Source: Obrimoposthia wandeli (Eukaryota). Taken from it: DNA of 64,000 nucleotides. The notes below the pieces were generated by a model. That model worked only from the letters and a program-made list of their open reading frames with translations, was not told the origin of the DNA and made no database searches. Shown here piece by piece: positions 61,735-64,000 of this stretch. The stretch spans positions 248,001 to 312,000 of the forward strand of contig CDROCS010004085.1 of assembly GCA_977020255.1 (NCBI GenBank), in the 5' to 3' direction. Numbering within the stretch: the first letter of the stretch is position 1; each line of letters starts with the position of its first letter. The translations under genes and the position numbers were made by a program.

Positions 61735-63483
61735 TTACTCAGTAAGTGGAAGGGTTACGGTAACAATAGCCCCTTTGCATGCATCATTGTGTAGATGGAT
61801 AGTTCCTTTATGATAACTGATGATATCTTGACAAATACTTAAGCCGAGTCCAAGCCCGCCATCATCTTTTTTGCTGGTATAAAACGGTTCAAATAGTGTC
61901 GTTTCGTCACTTTTGAAGCCAGCACCTGTGTCATGTATCATTAATATAATCTTGTCTGTTTTCTTGTCTAAGTTAATGTTGATCTCGTTACCTTTCTCTA
62001 GGTAGGTTGCATCAATAGCGTTTGTGATGAGATTAACAAGTACTTGTTGAATGGCTGTTTTGTCACCCAAAAAGGAGATATTTTTCTTTGATGACTTTAC
62101 GTTAATTGTGATATTTTTTTTAAGTACGTACCAGTCAATCATATTGATTGTAGAGTGTAGTAGGTCATCAAAAATGAATGTTGTTCTATCCGGTGGGGCC
62201 AGTCTAAGCATGATGCTATAACGTTTAATGACGTTCTCGCTTCGTTCTAGTTGCACTAGAATTTTACTTAAAATACCGTCATAGAATTTAGCATCACTTT
62301 CTTTTTTGGCTATACCACTTTCTGCATATAAGCGCATGGCGCCTAGCGGTTGATTCATTTCATGCGCTAAATTTCCGCCAAGTTTTCCTATTAATGCTCT
62401 TTTTTGTGATAGTTGTAGAGTGTGTTGTAGCTTCTGTTTTTCATTTTGTGTGTTGCGAAATTTAATCGTGAGGTAGATGTGGTACGACGGTAGTATCAAG
62501 AACAGCATGAAAATTGTCCAAGCAATATATTGATATTCATAAATATAACTGCTGATTGTTTCTGTTAGTGTTCTTGCTTGTGGGTGCATTCCAAGGTCGT
62601 AAAAAAGGCTGTCTAGCTCTGTTTGTGATTCGGGTACGCTCCAACCTAAAGATTTTGCTGCTTTTGCTTCAGCGCTTTGTGGTTCGACCGAAAATAGGAC
62701 GGAGACAATTTTTTTGGCTAGTTGTCTATCTGCGTGGGCTGACATAGCAAATGACCAATTTGGGTATAAGCGAGAACTCACTTTACATTGGAAGCCAGCA
62801 GGGGTTTTATCGTTGATTAGCCTGAAATCATTAATATCGATATTATTCAGCCGAGTATATTCTTCCATAAAGCAAGTGGGAATAACGACCGCGTCCGCCT
62901 TGCGGTTCACTAACTGCATAATCGCACTTTCATGTGGATACTCTGTAAACATCACGTTTTTAAAGTATTCACTATCATAGTTATTATCTTTAACTTCACG
63001 TGCATAAGCGAGATATCCACCGAATGCCAAAGGGCTGACGGCAGCTATTTTTTGTTGATAAATATCATCCATCGAGTAGTAAGGGCTATCGCTGCGAACC
63101 CATACGGCAGATGCAATTGATTGTGTTGTTCCTCCGGAGAGGGGGCTAATCAGTGTGGCCAACCATGATAATGTGTTTACTTTTCCCACTCGTATAGATT
63201 CACCTGGGTTTATAAATACAAATGGGACTTCTTTATTAACAATTGCTTGGCGCATTTTTTTTTGTTTTATAGGGTGCAAGGTGAAATTATAATCAGGTAA
63301 TCGAGTGTTGAGTAGGCTTATTATTGCCATCCACCGGTCTTGGCTTTCTTTGAAGCCGTGATCAGAAAAAGCACCAATTTTAATCTCTTGCTGGTTTTCA
63401 GCGGCATAGCCCAGCATTGAGTAAAATTGGCTTACAAGCACTACAATAATGATTATATTTTTCATTGAGCCGCAATCTTTCAT
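61735..63483 (-). CDS. TtrS-like sensor histidine kinase with a PhnD/SsuA-type periplasmic domain
   Basis: Signal/TM; AFGGY and LYPNWSFA sensor motifs; AHEMNQPL H-box; NLITNA, DTGAG, GLGLGL. Confidence 0.85.
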   Translation of the reverse strand: MKDCGSMKNIIIIVVLVSQFYSMLGYAAENQQEIKIGAFSDHGFKESQDRWMAIISLLNTRLPDYNFTLHPIKQKKMRQAIVNKEVPFVFINPGESIRVGKVNTLSWLATLISPLSGGTTQSIASAVWVRSDSPYYSMDDIYQQKIAAVSPLAFGGYLAYAREVKDNNYDSEYFKNVMFTEYPHESAIMQLVNRKADAVVIPTCFMEEYTRLNNIDINDFRLINDKTPAGFQCKVSSRLYPNWSFAMSAHADRQLAKKIVSVLFSVEPQSAEAKAAKSLGWSVPESQTELDSLFYDLGMHPQARTLTETISSYIYEYQYIAWTIFMLFLILPSYHIYLTIKFRNTQNEKQKLQHTLQLSQKRALIGKLGGNLAHEMNQPLGAMRLYAESGIAKKESDAKFYDGILSKILVQLERSENVIKRYSIMLRLAPPDRTTFIFDDLLHSTINMIDWYVLKKNITINVKSSKKNISFLGDKTAIQQVLVNLITNAIDATYLEKGNEININLDKKTDKIILMIHDTGAGFKSDETTLFEPFYTSKKDDGGLGLGLSICQDIISYHKGTIHLHNDACKGAIVTVTLPLTE

Positions 63484-64000
63484 TAAAAGTAAAGTTTTAC
63501 ATTCAATGGCGTATTCACGTCAAGTAGTACTGAAATTTCGTCAATTAAATTTCGGGTAATTAATCCAATTTGGCGATAAAAAACAGTTTTAGCATTCGTG
63601 ACAAGGAGTATTAAGAAACGGTCAAGCCAAGGTAAAAGATGCTGAGAAAGAAAAATCCTTACCGTTCGCTTTGATGTCTCATCATCTGGAGTTAGACCCA
63701 TTCTTTCAAGGAGTAGCGCCAGTATTTCTAAGCAGAAGCCAATATGATCAATGGGTTGAAGCTCTGATGGTTTAAATTTCAGCTGATTTTTTTCTACAAA
63801 GTCTCTCAGATCATAAGTTGAGTCTTGTTGTAATAAGTTTTCATCATGAAGGTAAACGGATCCCCATGGTGGTGCTTTTGGCATTCCTAGCCCTACTATT
63901 AACGCTAAGTGGTCTGCGGCGATTTCTTTTATCTCATTATCAAGCTCATTATCTACTGATAAATTGTTCACTATAGAGGTAAGCTTCTGCCAATCGCTCG
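63483..64000 (-). CDS. DmsD/TorD-family molybdoenzyme chaperone, 5' end beyond the window
   Basis: KAPPWGSVY, PIDHIG, HLLPW; the frame stays open upstream of the GTG at 63971 (..SDWQKLTSIV) to the edge. Confidence 0.85.
   Translation of the reverse strand, partial: SDWQKLTSIVNNLSVDNELDNEIKEIAADHLALIVGLGMPKAPPWGSVYLHDENLLQQDSTYDLRDFVEKNQLKFKPSELQPIDHIGFCLEILALLLERMGLTPDDETSKRTVRIFLSQHLLPWLDRFLILLVTNAKTVFYRQIGLITRNLIDEISVLLDVNTPLNVKLYF

Overview
AT-rich gammaproteobacterial chromosomal DNA. Gene content (aryl polyene cluster, chromosomal qnr, a complete but divergent atp operon, ERIC-like TATACCCAAGT repeats) points to Vibrionaceae, probably a Photobacterium secondary chromosome; this is inference, not a database result. 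Left to right: (1) part of an aryl polyene (APE)-type BGC with an aromatic ammonia-lyase, plus divergent lipoprotein, O-methyltransferase and a halogenase-like flavoprotein (1-11182); (2) qnr, a VF530-family protein, a DMT transporter and a stand-alone protein of four CxxH..H..CxxC repeats with no nuclease domain (CapR/DUF723-like); (3) a full atpIBEFHAGDC operon (14872-21851); (4) a decayed accessory patch, then an OYE-FMN-FAD multidomain reductase with a cytoplasmic ApbE; (5) YkgJ, patB, rhodanese, SigZ-like sigma and ycaQ-like genes; (6) an unexplained DASS transporter + membrane-anchored secreted protein + Thr-type ApgM-like enzyme + LysR locus; (7) uspA, DMT, GNAT; (8) an ABC importer with an alkaline-phosphatase-family gene behind a phased Pho-box array; (9) a YtkA-like / diheme CCP-MauG-like / N-terminal-His membrane protein trio; (10) a redox cluster (SDR, MFS, DoxX, GrxB, OYE, catalase); (11) ttrSR-like two-component genes with a partial DmsD/TorD chaperone at the right edge. 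I saw no rRNA, tRNA, CRISPR array, integrase or transposase. All family assignments come from motif recognition only.
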